DNA from: Methanocella sp. MCL-LM
Lineage (GTDB): Archaea; Halobacteriota; Methanocellia; Methanocellales; Methanocellaceae
Direction of reading: 5' to 3'
Assembly: GCF_049676595.1 (NCBI RefSeq)
Contig: NZ_CP187259.1
Location: 1,376,975 to 1,400,974 of the forward strand
DNA length: 24,000 nucleotides
The notes under the pieces were generated by a model. The model was not told the DNA's origin. It saw only the letters and a list, made by a program, of their open reading frames with translations, and did no database searches. Of the stretch, positions 23,531 through 24,000 are shown one piece after another; position 1 is the stretch's first letter, and every line of letters starts with the position of its first letter. The translations under genes were made by a program, and so were the position numbers.

Positions 23531-24000
23531 CTAAGCCCTCCTTACAGGGGGTATCTGGTATGTCCCGTCCAGTACCTGCGATCCAGGCTCGTACATCCGC
23601 AGGATCAGGTAGAAGTTCCCTTCAGGCGCCGGGAGCCAGTTGGATTCCTTCCCTTCGGGGATCTCTTTCTGGATGTATATGTCCAGCGATCCGTCCGGAT
23701 TATACTTTAGGCCGGGCGTCTGGTCGCCGATCGAGTACCGGTAATACGGGTTGGATGCCAGCATGTACGTCGATGCGTTGTATGCCGACAGAGACCAGAA
23801 GGCGTCGACAGGGGGCAGGTTGCCGCTGCCGAAGCGGATGACGTATCTGTCGGCTCCGTTTAACGGTGCTCCCTCGATACTGGTCATTGCTCTGGCATAC
23901 ACCGCTTCTTCGGGGACGTTTGCCCCAAGGCCGCCCGCTGCTACTGCCGCCCTTGTCAGGTAATCGCTGCCGTAGTTACCTGTCTTTGTGTTCATCAGCC
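23531..24000 (-). CDS. DUF1214-domain protein, C-terminal part (gene continues beyond the window edge)
   Basis: FWSLSAYN...NPYYRYSIGDQTPGLKYNPDGSLDIYIQKE...NWLPAPEGNFYLILRMYEP is the characteristic DUF1214 C-terminal block. The reading frame is open to the window end. Confidence 0.8.
   Translation of the reverse strand, partial: LMNTKTGNYGSDYLTRAAVAAGGLGANVPEEAVYARAMTSIEGAPLNGADRYVIRFGSGNLPPVDAFWSLSAYNASTYMLASNPYYRYSIGDQTPGLKYNPDGSLDIYIQKEIPEGKESNWLPAPEGNFYLILRMYEPGSQVLDGTYQIPPVRRA

Noticed and set aside
1-24000. tRNA or rRNA genes.
   Set aside because: A scan for T-loop-like GGTTCGAATCC or GTTCAAATC with flanking complementary stems found nothing convincing on either strand. The only ggttcgaa, on the minus strand at about 9881-9888, lies inside the zinc-ribbon ORF and lacks an acceptor/T-stem context. 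No rRNA-like conserved blocks were seen.

Overview
Dense archaeal chromosomal segment. The gene content is euryarchaeal and methanogen-like: HMf-type histone, SRP54, L21e, RpoF, Pus10 and TrmY. The exact taxon cannot be verified from the sequence alone. About 32 credible CDS are present; no rRNA, tRNA or CRISPR array was seen.

Housekeeping blocks:
- hflX, srp54 and trmY.
- The conserved cluster pus10, rpl21e, rpoF, DUF655, ksgA and a HemK-like methyltransferase.

Accessory or environment-facing modules:
1. A mercury-methylation pair, hgcA-hgcB (13781-15138, minus strand). A small AbrB/SpoVT-domain protein carrying two vicinal Cys-Cys motifs lies 11 nt upstream on the same strand, and a perfect 14-bp palindrome sits just upstream of the TATA-like element. 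This three-gene unit is the most interesting thing in the window.
2. An ArsR/SmtB sensor with a CzrA-type alpha5 site, coupled to a P1B-2 (Zn/Cd/Pb-type) ATPase. A candidate operator overlaps the sensor's apparently leaderless start.
3. A vapBC toxin-antitoxin pair in a visibly AT-richer patch.
4. An SPPY-type DNA methyltransferase with no visible restriction partner.
5. Two nitroreductase-family genes.

Non-coding oddities:
- A roughly 155-bp palindromic element with 27-bp perfect arms (9669-9822).
- A roughly 230-nt GC-rich intergenic region downstream of srp54, with nested long-range complementarity and UUCG-type hairpins (possible structured RNA).
- A 24-bp tandem duplication that copies a stop codon.
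- A frameshift-split Lrp/AsnC-like gene.

Many long ORFs in the supplied track are antisense shadows of real genes and were not called.
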